A stretch of DNA of 64,000 nt from an uncultured archaeon (GTDB lineage Archaea; EX4484-52; JAADEF01): positions 9,668 to 73,667 of the forward strand of contig CAYOWP010000004.1 in NCBI GenBank assembly GCA_964407715.1, given 5' to 3'. The translations under genes and the position numbers were made by a program. Positions 17,908-27,489 of the stretch are shown in pieces. The notes under the pieces are model-generated. The model saw only the letters and a program-made list of their open reading frames with translations. It searched no databases and was not told where the DNA came from. Position 1 is the stretch's first letter. Every line of letters starts with the position of its first letter.

Positions 17908-20285
17908 GAAAAAGAAAATTTTTGTTGTGTAGTGTGGTGGTATTCTTACTTTTGATATCTCTTAAAAATGTTTATGCTCAAATTGAAGTTATTAGTTATG
18001 ATAAGTATGTTATCTTTTCTGATGAGGAATTAAAAACAGTAAGTGTAAGCTTTGCATGTCAAAAAGATAATGCTTCTGTAACTGATGCAATTGCAAAATA
18101 TGATAATTTCGGGTTTGTAAAAGCCACTTATAATGGAGCATACTATACAGCAAACCTTCAGATATTCAATATGCTAGGTCTTTATGGTAATAAGACGATA
18201 ACTATTTCATGTATCTATTCTGATTCAACAACAGAAACCAAGTATATACATATTATAGTAGATAAAATATATTTAGAAATTAAGGAACCAACATTCTCTG
18301 ACCCAGTTGAGGTATATAATGGAGAATATGTTACCTCATTAAAAGTTATGCTCAGTTCTTATTATCTTAATACTGATCCCTATTCATTACAAAATCTAAG
18401 AGTTGTGCTAAAATCGTCTGAGAGCACATATACTATAGAAAGTCCTTTAATATCATACAATGGGAATGAGATGAACATAATATTTTATGTTCCATATGAT
18501 ATAAAAGAAGGATTATATGATATCTATGTTAAAGCAGCATACTCGTACTATGGAACAAATTTACAATTAGAATCCAAATCACCAAGAAGTTTAAATGTAC
18601 GCTCACCTATAAAGATAGAAATGCTTTCTCCTTCCAAAGGAAGTACAATAAAGCTGGATACATCAAAAAGAATTTCTATATCCTTTAAAGTATATGAAAA
18701 AGATGAAGAATTAATTGATCTCAGTGATACCAACTTCAAATTTAAACTTGGAGATAAGGAATTAGAATATGAGGTAAAATATGATGAGCAAAATGCAAGA
18801 TATGTTGCAACAGTATATTTAGTGAAAGGTAATGATGGTAACAAAACACAAGATACTTTATTCATTTTCATTAAAGATTATAAAGATTATCCTGAACTTA
18901 AATTCCCTATTTTGAATGTGGAGTATGTTGTATCACTTAAAGGATCAACATTAATAAAAGGAGGTAAGATTATAAATGCGAAATTTATACTTGAAGGAAA
19001 CAATAAAGTATATGAGTTTTCCACAGATAATAAAGGTAATTATAATATTCTTGTGCCAAAAGGAACATATAATGTAACATTAATATTAAATAATATAGAC
19101 AAAATTATATTTTATGATGTTGAAATAGATAATACCTTAGACTCTTTTATAAAGATAGATTATCCTTCAATATCTAATGATAAATTCAGAATTATAAAAT
19201 CTCTTGTGGTTGAGATATCTTCTCCATATTCATATGCAAAATCAGAGATTTATTATGATGACACTAAAATAGTTGATGAAAGAAACATTATTGCATTATA
19301 TTGTGATTATTGGAATTTTGGTTTACAGAAATGTAATGGTGATTTAAAGAAATATGATTATAATATAAATATAATATCTAATAGGATATATCTTGACAAA
19401 TTTGAAGGTAATGTCATTATCTCAGAAAAAAAGAGGCTCTATATCACATTAGATGTGGAAAAAAAAGATTATTATGTAGGTGATGAAATAAAAGTCACAG
19501 GATATATAAAGGATTTTGATGGCAATCCACAAAGTGGTATCGAGATAAAATATAAGATAAAAGGAACAGATATAGAAGGAGATGTGAATACAGATGAAAA
19601 TGGCAAGTTTGAGATATCTTTCATTGCGCCTAATATAAATAGAAGATATGAGAAAAAGGAATTAGTAGTGTTCATTCCATCTTCAGAAGTTAAGGCAGAA
19701 AATAAAAGCATAGTGTTTAACATTGAAAAAAGAGTACGATTAGTTGGTTATGTTGAAGAAATAGTAGATGTGTACAAAGGAGTAGAAACAGAGATACCTA
19801 TAACAATATCAAATGAGGGAGATCTTGATTTAACAGATATAGAGATAAGATTGGCAGGTATCAAAGAGGATTGGTATACTTTCACACCTTCCTTTATCGA
19901 AACTTTAAAAGCAGGAGACAAAGTCAAAGTTAGATTAAGAGTAAAAATTACATGTGGTAATGAATGTAAAGATTATTACTTTGTTAATATGCGCATAAAA
20001 AGCAAAGAAGCAACAGAGGATGTAAGTTTTACATTGAGGGTATTGGATAAAGCCAACACCACTGCTACGCTATCAAGTAAGCAAACTCAGGAAAAAAGCA
20101 TATTTTCAGGAATCTCAGATGCCATAACAGGAAAAATAACAAGCATAAATATAAATAGCAGCAATGTCAATTATTATATAATCATTGCATTTTTCATAGC
20201 AGCATTTATAATAATAACCATAAAGAAAAGGTCGCGCAGAAGATCAAGGATAAGCAGAGCAATTATAATAAAAAAGAATTTTTAA
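17904..20285 (+). CDS. large secreted surface protein (signal peptide, C-terminal TM and basic tail)
   Basis: 793 aa; N-terminal signal LLCSVVVFLLLISLKNVYAQ; many NxS/T sequons; C-terminal IIIAFFIAAFIIITIKKRSRRRSR membrane anchor. Confidence 0.5.
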   Translation: MRKRKFLLCSVVVFLLLISLKNVYAQIEVISYDKYVIFSDEELKTVSVSFACQKDNASVTDAIAKYDNFGFVKATYNGAYYTANLQIFNMLGLYGNKTITISCIYSDSTTETKYIHIIVDKIYLEIKEPTFSDPVEVYNGEYVTSLKVMLSSYYLNTDPYSLQNLRVVLKSSESTYTIESPLISYNGNEMNIIFYVPYDIKEGLYDIYVKAAYSYYGTNLQLESKSPRSLNVRSPIKIEMLSPSKGSTIKLDTSKRISISFKVYEKDEELIDLSDTNFKFKLGDKELEYEVKYDEQNARYVATVYLVKGNDGNKTQDTLFIFIKDYKDYPELKFPILNVEYVVSLKGSTLIKGGKIINAKFILEGNNKVYEFSTDNKGNYNILVPKGTYNVTLILNNIDKIIFYDVEIDNTLDSFIKIDYPSISNDKFRIIKSLVVEISSPYSYAKSEIYYDDTKIVDERNIIALYCDYWNFGLQKCNGDLKKYDYNINIISNRIYLDKFEGNVIISEKKRLYITLDVEKKDYYVGDEIKVTGYIKDFDGNPQSGIEIKYKIKGTDIEGDVNTDENGKFEISFIAPNINRRYEKKELVVFIPSSEVKAENKSIVFNIEKRVRLVGYVEEIVDVYKGVETEIPITISNEGDLDLTDIEIRLAGIKEDWYTFTPSFIETLKAGDKVKVRLRVKITCGNECKDYYFVNMRIKSKEATEDVSFTLRVLDKANTTATLSSKQTQEKSIFSGISDAITGKITSININSSNVNYYIIIAFFIAAFIIITIKKRSRRRSRISRAIIIKKNF

Positions 20286-20297
20286 AAGTGATGTCAT

Positions 20298-23200
20298 ATG
20301 AGAACATGGAAAATCATGTTTTTGTTATTGTTTTCCCTTTATTTTATTGTATCTGAAATACATGCTTATAAAATTTATTTTGAAGTTCAAACATATGATA
20401 GGAAATATAACTTCTCAGATAAAGTAGTCCTTGATGACTCAATAAATAACAAAATTTATTTTTATTTAAGGCAAGATGATGGAGAAGACAATATAACAAA
20501 TATAACATTTTATCTTCCTGGAGATGTTACCTTCACAGGTAAAAATGATACTTCTCTTGGTGATGCAGCAGATTTTGGTGTAAATTCTTCCAATCAATCA
20601 ATTGGGCAGTGGAATATAACAGATAGCACCCAACTAAAAAATAGTTTTGGAAGTTTTTGGATGGAGGTTAATGTTCCTATAGATAAGGAAAAGGAATATA
20701 CTTTCCAATTAAATATCACATATAAAAATAAAAGCGGGATCTTACGTAATTTCACATTGTGGGTTGATACTCTTTCTCCAAGGGATGTCAAAATAACAAA
20801 GGAAAATGATTATGAGTATTATAATATATCTGAAAACTTGATAGTGGAAGTCTCTTCCTATGATGCTTTATGGAACAAAACTATTCTTGCTGTAGTGTTT
20901 AAGAACTCAACAAATTATCCTTATTTACCTGAGAACACTACCTATTTCATATATGAAAATTCACATATAGAAAACTTTACATATGAGGTTCCAAGTAAGA
21001 TAATTATCCTTAAGGATATCATAAATGGCACTACGTATAATGTTCTTGTTAAAAAAATAGAGACATCATCAAACACATATTATATCATGTTAGGTAATTT
21101 CACTAATACCATAAATAATGAATGGTTTAATGGAGGTTTTGTGTATGATAAAGAAAATATCTCTCAATTTCTTTATATTATTAATTTTGACAAAGATCTT
21201 CTTATTAATAAAAGCGGAATATACTATGTGAATGGCACTTCATTGCTTTTGGATTCTCACCAATTTGATTATCTCAATGTTAATCTAAGTTATGGTTTTG
21301 TCAATTTAAGTGGATTGCAAATAGCATATAGTAATCTATCTTTTAATGTCTCATATGTTATTGAAAATACAACTCTTGTATTTAAACCTCTTTATGATGG
21401 AAATTACTCTGTATTTGTAGAGGTTTGGGATTTGTTCTCAAACACTTCCTCAGAAATATCATATGAAATAAATAACTCGCCTTTAGTGTCACCACCTACA
21501 GTATCTTTGGATATAGTTAACGGAACTAGGATTTTGGTAAATAAACCATTTCATTTTACTTTTACATTGGATGATGAGGCTCAAAATTCATCATGCTCCT
21601 TATATCTCAATAATAGTTTAGAAGATTCCATATCTAATATAGGATCAGGAAAATATTCCCTTTCCTCTACACCAACACAAGCGAAATATTATGTGGTTAA
21701 TATCACATGCATAAATGACTTTAAATTAAAAGGCGCTGATTTTAGAGAAATCTATGTTGAGGACAAACCAGATCTCAACTTGTCTTTAGTATCAATTTCA
21801 CCATCTGCATATGGATTAAATGATGAGATAAATATCTCATATAATATAAGCAATTTGGGCTCCTCAAATGCAAATCAAGTTAATATCACATTCAAAGTAT
21901 GCTCTGATTCCTCATGTACAAATATCTTACACGAAAAGTATACAGAAATCAATACGCTTTCCGCAGATGAGTATAAGATAGATTGGTTCAATTATACCAT
22001 AAAGGATTCCTCTACTCTCTATATAAAAATGGATGCTTATTCCAATGATACTGATTTTGATTATTCAAATCAAAACCTATCTCTTATTTTATCTCCAACA
22101 ATTTCTATAAGTTATGCTGTATCAGAATCAACAGAGGATTTAAAACCTGGAAGTGATCTAACTATTTATGTAAATGTAGTTCACTATGATGGAACATATA
22201 TCAGCGAGCTTAATGAAAATAACTTCACTATTTATGATTATTGGCATTATATAGGGAAGTATAGAAATAAAACCAAAAATTTATATCTCATCAATAATTT
22301 TGGTAATGGGACATATAAATTTGCTTATACCTTGCCTAATATTTCCTCTAATGAGAAGTATTATGAGTTCGGTGCACATAAATTAATCTTAGAAGTTAGA
22401 ACAAATAAATATAAGAAAATCAATACAACTGAATTGAACTATGATATACAGGCTCCATTTGTTGAGCTTTATTTCAGTGATGTCCCTTCTAGTATGAAAG
22501 AAGGTGATAAAAAGACAGCATATATCAAAGCCAAAAACCTTGGAGATATGACGATTAACACAATTAAAATAACAATAAAAACATCCTCAACCTCAAAACT
22601 CACATTTAACGGAGATTCCTCTTATTCCTGCAATATAACAGGATTAACTCCTGGAGATACTGAGTCATGTAGTTTTACCTTAAAGGCAGAAGATACGGGA
22701 GATGTGGAGATTTATGTAAGTTCATCTTCAAGTGATACATATTTCATCTTGGATAAGGCATACTCTAAGGATTATCCAGGTTTAGGAGGTAAAATATATT
22801 TCTATTCATATCCTGAAAAGGATATAGAAATAGAAGAAGAGCAAGAAAGTACAACACAGGAATCCTCAAGTGATGAAACAGAATCATCAGAGGAGACAGA
22901 AGAGAATGAAGAAACATCACAAACATCTACAACAGAAGAAAGCAATAAAGTGAGTGAGATCAAAATTGAAATCCCTGAGAATGAATATTCATTTTTAATT
23001 AATGAGTCTAAAACAATTGAAATTAAAATAAAAAATATAGGAAACAAAACCGCATCTTCCTTATCCTTAGGATTAGAGTATGATAAGGAGAACCTAAATA
23101 TTACTCATGACTTCAAAAAATCCTCTTTGGATCCTGGAAAAGAATATGTATTTCATTTGAATGTCTCATCTCCTACTCAACGAGTCGGAAAATATACAAT

Positions 23201-23696
23201 AGCTATAACAGTTGTTTATGATAGCAATAAAGTAGCGGATGGGACATTAACCATTACTCTTTTACCTACAGAAAAAAAGAAAAAAGAGATAGAAGATATG
23301 TTAGAAAATATGAAATCTGAGATTGAAGAGTTGGATGTGCCAGAGGATATGAAAGCAGTATATGATCAAACAAAAAGATTTATTGAAGAAGCAGAGAATA
23401 AGATAAAAAATGGAGATTATGTATCCGCATATGCTTTATTAGAAAAAGCTCAAAAGAACATAAATGCAATAAAAATGTCTGCAACTTCAAAGGGAAAAAG
23501 CAAATGGTGGATATGGGTAATAGTAATACTTATTATATTGGGAATCATAGGAGGAGTGGCTTATTATTTGCTTACACCTCCAACATCAACATATCATCCT
23601 GAAAAAGGATATTCATTCAATCCAAAGGTATATGAGGAACAGAGAGCAAATTATATAAAGAGATTAAAAGAATCCCTTCAAAGAAAATTGAGTTAG
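20298..23696 (+). CDS. giant surface glycoprotein with CARDB-like domains
   Basis: 1132 aa; signal peptide; CARDB-like segments (DLNLSLVSISPSAYGLNDEINISYNISNLGSSNANQVNITFKV; EGDKKTAYIKAKNLGDMTINTIKITIK); acidic S/T/E linker; C-terminal coiled coil and TM. Confidence 0.55.
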   Translation: MRTWKIMFLLLFSLYFIVSEIHAYKIYFEVQTYDRKYNFSDKVVLDDSINNKIYFYLRQDDGEDNITNITFYLPGDVTFTGKNDTSLGDAADFGVNSSNQSIGQWNITDSTQLKNSFGSFWMEVNVPIDKEKEYTFQLNITYKNKSGILRNFTLWVDTLSPRDVKITKENDYEYYNISENLIVEVSSYDALWNKTILAVVFKNSTNYPYLPENTTYFIYENSHIENFTYEVPSKIIILKDIINGTTYNVLVKKIETSSNTYYIMLGNFTNTINNEWFNGGFVYDKENISQFLYIINFDKDLLINKSGIYYVNGTSLLLDSHQFDYLNVNLSYGFVNLSGLQIAYSNLSFNVSYVIENTTLVFKPLYDGNYSVFVEVWDLFSNTSSEISYEINNSPLVSPPTVSLDIVNGTRILVNKPFHFTFTLDDEAQNSSCSLYLNNSLEDSISNIGSGKYSLSSTPTQAKYYVVNITCINDFKLKGADFREIYVEDKPDLNLSLVSISPSAYGLNDEINISYNISNLGSSNANQVNITFKVCSDSSCTNILHEKYTEINTLSADEYKIDWFNYTIKDSSTLYIKMDAYSNDTDFDYSNQNLSLILSPTISISYAVSESTEDLKPGSDLTIYVNVVHYDGTYISELNENNFTIYDYWHYIGKYRNKTKNLYLINNFGNGTYKFAYTLPNISSNEKYYEFGAHKLILEVRTNKYKKINTTELNYDIQAPFVELYFSDVPSSMKEGDKKTAYIKAKNLGDMTINTIKITIKTSSTSKLTFNGDSSYSCNITGLTPGDTESCSFTLKAEDTGDVEIYVSSSSSDTYFILDKAYSKDYPGLGGKIYFYSYPEKDIEIEEEQESTTQESSSDETESSEETEENEETSQTSTTEESNKVSEIKIEIPENEYSFLINESKTIEIKIKNIGNKTASSLSLGLEYDKENLNITHDFKKSSLDPGKEYVFHLNVSSPTQRVGKYTIAITVVYDSNKVADGTLTITLLPTEKKKKEIEDMLENMKSEIEELDVPEDMKAVYDQTKRFIEEAENKIKNGDYVSAYALLEKAQKNINAIKMSATSKGKSKWWIWVIVILIILGIIGGVAYYLLTPPTSTYHPEKGYSFNPKVYEEQRANYIKRLKESLQRKLS

Positions 23697-23715
23697 AATA
23701 TAGGGAGATGAAACC

Positions 23716-24624
23716 ATGATAGAATATATTCTTTATATTATTGGGATATTCCTATCAACACTTGCTCTATATTTCACAGGCATTTTAAATGTTGATTTTT
23801 ATGATATTTCTTCTCTTCTTTTTATTTATAAATATGTTGATTTAAAGATGGTATTGGCATTTGTCTTAATCTATGGATTATCGCTATCTTTTCTTTATTG
23901 GATAAAAATAAAAAATGAGAATCCAAAACTTATGTTCTTAGCAAGTTTTGTTTCTTCTTTTCCATTTTTGATGCTTTCTTATTTTGTTTTTGATATTGGA
24001 TGGTTTATATTGCTTATTGTGTGTACATTGGGCATATCATATATCATTAATATGAATGTATTACGTGAAGAAAAAATATATAAAGTTATACCTTATGACA
24101 AACTCTCAGTTAAATTATTTAAGAATGTTTTATCTTTATTTTTTATTATTTTTGCTTTATTCCTTGCATTTACATCATCATCAAGGGATAATTCTATATA
24201 CATAAATAATCTAACATATCACATTGGAAAGATAAATCTAACAGATATAACCAATTTAGAGAACAAAATTATATCTCTTCAAAGAAATTATGCTATAAAC
24301 ATAGCAAATGCAACCACTTTCATATTAATGAATGAAATATTTAATGATAACTCGCTCTCATATAACACCAAGGTCCAGTGTTTAAGAGCAATAGACTCAA
24401 ATCGAGAAAATGTGTTAGATAAGATTGATAGAGAAATATCAAGGAATGCTTCAAACAATATTGGGCAATTTGAAGATATCTCTGGGGTTGTTGAGATATC
24501 AATAAAAGCATATCCTATCATAATAGGACTTTATGTATATGTGTTATTGGGTTTCACTTTCTTTTTTATATCTTTTGCCTCTCAGGTATTAGTTAAAATA
24601 TATAAGTTAGTATATCATAAATAA
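23716..24624 (+). CDS. polytopic membrane protein of unknown function
   Basis: 302 aa; ~6 TM helices and a central Asn-rich soluble loop. Confidence 0.35.
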   Translation: MIEYILYIIGIFLSTLALYFTGILNVDFYDISSLLFIYKYVDLKMVLAFVLIYGLSLSFLYWIKIKNENPKLMFLASFVSSFPFLMLSYFVFDIGWFILLIVCTLGISYIINMNVLREEKIYKVIPYDKLSVKLFKNVLSLFFIIFALFLAFTSSSRDNSIYINNLTYHIGKINLTDITNLENKIISLQRNYAINIANATTFILMNEIFNDNSLSYNTKVQCLRAIDSNRENVLDKIDREISRNASNNIGQFEDISGVVEISIKAYPIIIGLYVYVLLGFTFFFISFASQVLVKIYKLVYHK

Positions 24625-24630
24625 AAGTAT

Positions 24631-25122
24631 ATGATGCCCTCAACAGAATGTTTAAGTGATGAAGAAAAGATATCCTATTATCTAAGCCACGTAAAAAAAC
24701 CTGTGTTATTATTTATTGGATTTCCTTTTTCAGAGATAAAAAAATTTGAATCTCATGCAAAGGTAATATATCTCATTGGAGATTTAAAAGAGAAAAAATC
24801 TTGCAAAAAAATAAGTGCATTTTCCTCTATGGATGATTTTATCAATAATTTTACATCTCTTGATGCAAAGATAACACATATATTTGCTTATTATATTGGA
24901 TGGGATCAAATAAAAAACCAACTTCCTCCAAAATTTACTCTTAATAACTCAAAACTCTATCTCTTTATAAAAGTGCCATTTGAGAAATGGAAATCTTTTA
25001 TTGATAAGGATAGATATTTGATTGAGAATACCTTAAGTGATTATAACCTCAAATTTGATGATATTATCTCATCAAATAAAGAAAATTATTTTTATGGTGT
25101 TTTTGCAAAGGTGAAAGGATGA
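24631..25122 (+). CDS. hypothetical cytoplasmic protein
   Basis: 163-aa ORF; 4-nt overlap with the next gene. Confidence 0.3.
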   Translation: MMPSTECLSDEEKISYYLSHVKKPVLLFIGFPFSEIKKFESHAKVIYLIGDLKEKKSCKKISAFSSMDDFINNFTSLDAKITHIFAYYIGWDQIKNQLPPKFTLNNSKLYLFIKVPFEKWKSFIDKDRYLIENTLSDYNLKFDDIISSNKENYFYGVFAKVKG

Positions 25123-25799
25123 ACTTTAAAGGAATGTCTCCTTTATTATCTGGAGTGCTTTACATGACAATCATAGTTACAGGTATTTTGATAGTGATGG
25201 CATCCATTTATCCAAAAATAATGGATTTAAAGGAATACTCAAAAATAACAAATACAATAAAATGTGCTAGGAACATGGATTATGCTTTGTCTCTTTTAGA
25301 AAAATCATCTCTTAGAGGAGAACAGGAAATAGAATGTAAAATAAAAAATGCAAAGTTGTCAATTAAAAATGACACTATGCTTTTTATATTTCCACATATT
25401 GATTATTTATCTCTTGACATATTCAAAAATGAAGAATATACGTTAAATGAAGGTGTTTATGTCTATGATAATGGAAGTTATTTTCTTATGGGAAACAAAT
25501 ACTTAGAAGTTAATTTTTCAAAGATATATGCCAATAACATGATAAATATCTCGCAAATTATAAATAACATATATTATAAAAAGACTTCTAAAAATATTGA
25601 TGGCTCCTCTTTATATTTCATATTAAATGATGATCCCTCTATAAGCATAGGTAGAGGATATACGATAGCTGAGCGCTCTGGAGCATATCTAAAATATGGA
25701 AAAATAATTGCTCATGTGGAAAATGATAACGCTAAATATAATTTAACCTTTATTCTATATCCCTCGGCAGATTATATTATTATCTCTGTGGAGAGTTAA
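25119..25799 (+). CDS. candidate archaeal type IV pilin-like protein (class III signal peptide)
   Basis: MNFKG|MSPLLSGVLYMTIIVTGILIVMAS: short basic N-terminus ending KG, followed by a hydrophobic helix, the layout of prepilin peptidase (FlaK/PibD/EppA) substrates. Confidence 0.4.
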   Translation: MNFKGMSPLLSGVLYMTIIVTGILIVMASIYPKIMDLKEYSKITNTIKCARNMDYALSLLEKSSLRGEQEIECKIKNAKLSIKNDTMLFIFPHIDYLSLDIFKNEEYTLNEGVYVYDNGSYFLMGNKYLEVNFSKIYANNMINISQIINNIYYKKTSKNIDGSSLYFILNDDPSISIGRGYTIAERSGAYLKYGKIIAHVENDNAKYNLTFILYPSADYIIISVES

Positions 25800-25834
25800 A
25801 AGTATATATTTAACAAATATCTAATAAAATATTT

Positions 25835-27055
25835 ATGATGTTAAAAAGAAAAGGAACAGAATCTTTTTTTTATGTGTTGTTAGCAGGTTTGGGAATTTTT
25901 ATACTGATAGCTATAATCTCATTAAGTATTGATTATGTGGAAGTAGAGCATCCAGAGGAAGAGATTCCATATCTCCTTAATAAAAAAGGCATAGCCGATA
26001 CAATCAAAGAGAACAAGATATATTATTTTGATAAGTTTCTATTTAAATCCTTAGGTAATGTAGAGGAGAATAAAAGGACAATTTATATTGGAGATAAAAA
26101 CATAGGAAATGTCCTGGCATATGGTGTAGTTAGAGAGAAACCCAAAATAGAGATATATAATGGATTGTTTGGTAAGAAAAATGAAATAATTTATTTTAGC
26201 ACATATAATGCAAAAAAGGTTAGAATCTCTTTTGTTGTTAACAGAACAAACAGATATGGAAGATTGATCCTAAAATTTAATGGAAAAGAAATATTCAGGA
26301 ACCTAACATATGAAGGAGAGAGAATATTGGTTGAGATTGAAAAAGGAATAAAAAATAAAAATGTTTTGGAAATTATGTGTGAATCATCTCTACCAAAAAT
26401 ATGGGCTCCAACAAAGTATGAGATAACAAACTTAAGAATTGAAGCATTGGATTATATATCAAAGGATGCTTACATAGAATTTGAGATTCTTCCAGAAGAA
26501 TATCAAGGATTACGCTATGTTGAAATCAAATTTAATGTATTGGATACAAATGAATATGCTCCTCTCTCTTTTATAGTAAATGGAAAAAAGGTATTTGAGG
26601 ATGTATTTGATGCTGGTGCAGAGCCATATAGAGTATGGTTATATAGAAAGGACAATCTTAAACCAGGAATAAATGTTCTAAGAATGGAAACATATAACTC
26701 ATCATATTATGACCTCCTAAATGTAGAGATTAACATATATTATATAGGAAATGCACATGTATATGTGGATGAGAGTAATTTCAATATAAATCCTGATGAT
26801 TATGAGTTTATAGAAAAGAATAAGGATATTTTAGAGGGAGTTATCGAAATCAACACAAGAAGCATAAATCTTGATAAGGGCATAGTTTTCTATATTAATG
26901 GTGCTCGATACACTATCAGCAACTTAAGGAGTTATGCATCAAATTATCTCACATTTGATGTTGATCTCCTTAGAAAAGGTGTAAATTATCTGAGATGGGA
27001 AACACAAGGAAATTATGAGATAAAAGATATCAAGATAGGAGTTAGGAAAAAGTGA
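25835..27055 (+). CDS. secreted/pilin-like protein with class III-like signal
   Basis: MMLKRKG|TESFFYVLLAGLGIFILIAII N-terminus; 406 aa, remainder beta-rich. Confidence 0.35.
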   Translation: MMLKRKGTESFFYVLLAGLGIFILIAIISLSIDYVEVEHPEEEIPYLLNKKGIADTIKENKIYYFDKFLFKSLGNVEENKRTIYIGDKNIGNVLAYGVVREKPKIEIYNGLFGKKNEIIYFSTYNAKKVRISFVVNRTNRYGRLILKFNGKEIFRNLTYEGERILVEIEKGIKNKNVLEIMCESSLPKIWAPTKYEITNLRIEALDYISKDAYIEFEILPEEYQGLRYVEIKFNVLDTNEYAPLSFIVNGKKVFEDVFDAGAEPYRVWLYRKDNLKPGINVLRMETYNSSYYDLLNVEINIYYIGNAHVYVDESNFNINPDDYEFIEKNKDILEGVIEINTRSINLDKGIVFYINGARYTISNLRSYASNYLTFDVDLLRKGVNYLRWETQGNYEIKDIKIGVRKK

Positions 27056-27061
27056 TATGCT

Positions 27062-27481
27062 ATGAGTGAAAAAAAACTTACATGTCCTGTTGAAGGATGC
27101 AACAATGAAGTATATCTTGAGATGATAGATGGTGAATTATATTGGATTGATAAGATGAATCCATTACAACATAGAGGTAAAGTAATGGAATTACCTTCTC
27201 CAAAAAGGGAGCTTTTTTTGGGATATGCATATGAAAAGGGAATATTAAAAAAGGATAGCGAAAAAAAAGATCAAATAATACAATACACAACTCAGAATAT
27301 GAAAGTCCCCGTGGATAGCAAACAACACATCCCATATGATGCAGCGCTACTTTTTCTTATAGGCATCATATATATAATCTTCTCCTTTATGCCATTTAAT
27401 GAGTTTTCAAGCTCTCTTTTATATTTATTAGGTGGTTTCTTTATGATATTAGGCATTGTGGAGTATTTTTCACTTTATTAG
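27062..27481 (+). CDS. hypothetical protein with Cys knuckle and C-terminal two-TM anchor
   Basis: 139 aa; CPVEGCNNE N-terminus; C-terminal LLFLIGIIYIIFSF and LLGGFFMILGIV hydrophobic helices. Confidence 0.3.
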   Translation: MSEKKLTCPVEGCNNEVYLEMIDGELYWIDKMNPLQHRGKVMELPSPKRELFLGYAYEKGILKKDSEKKDQIIQYTTQNMKVPVDSKQHIPYDAALLFLIGIIYIIFSFMPFNEFSSSLLYLLGGFFMILGIVEYFSLY

Positions 27482-27489
27482 ATTAAAGT

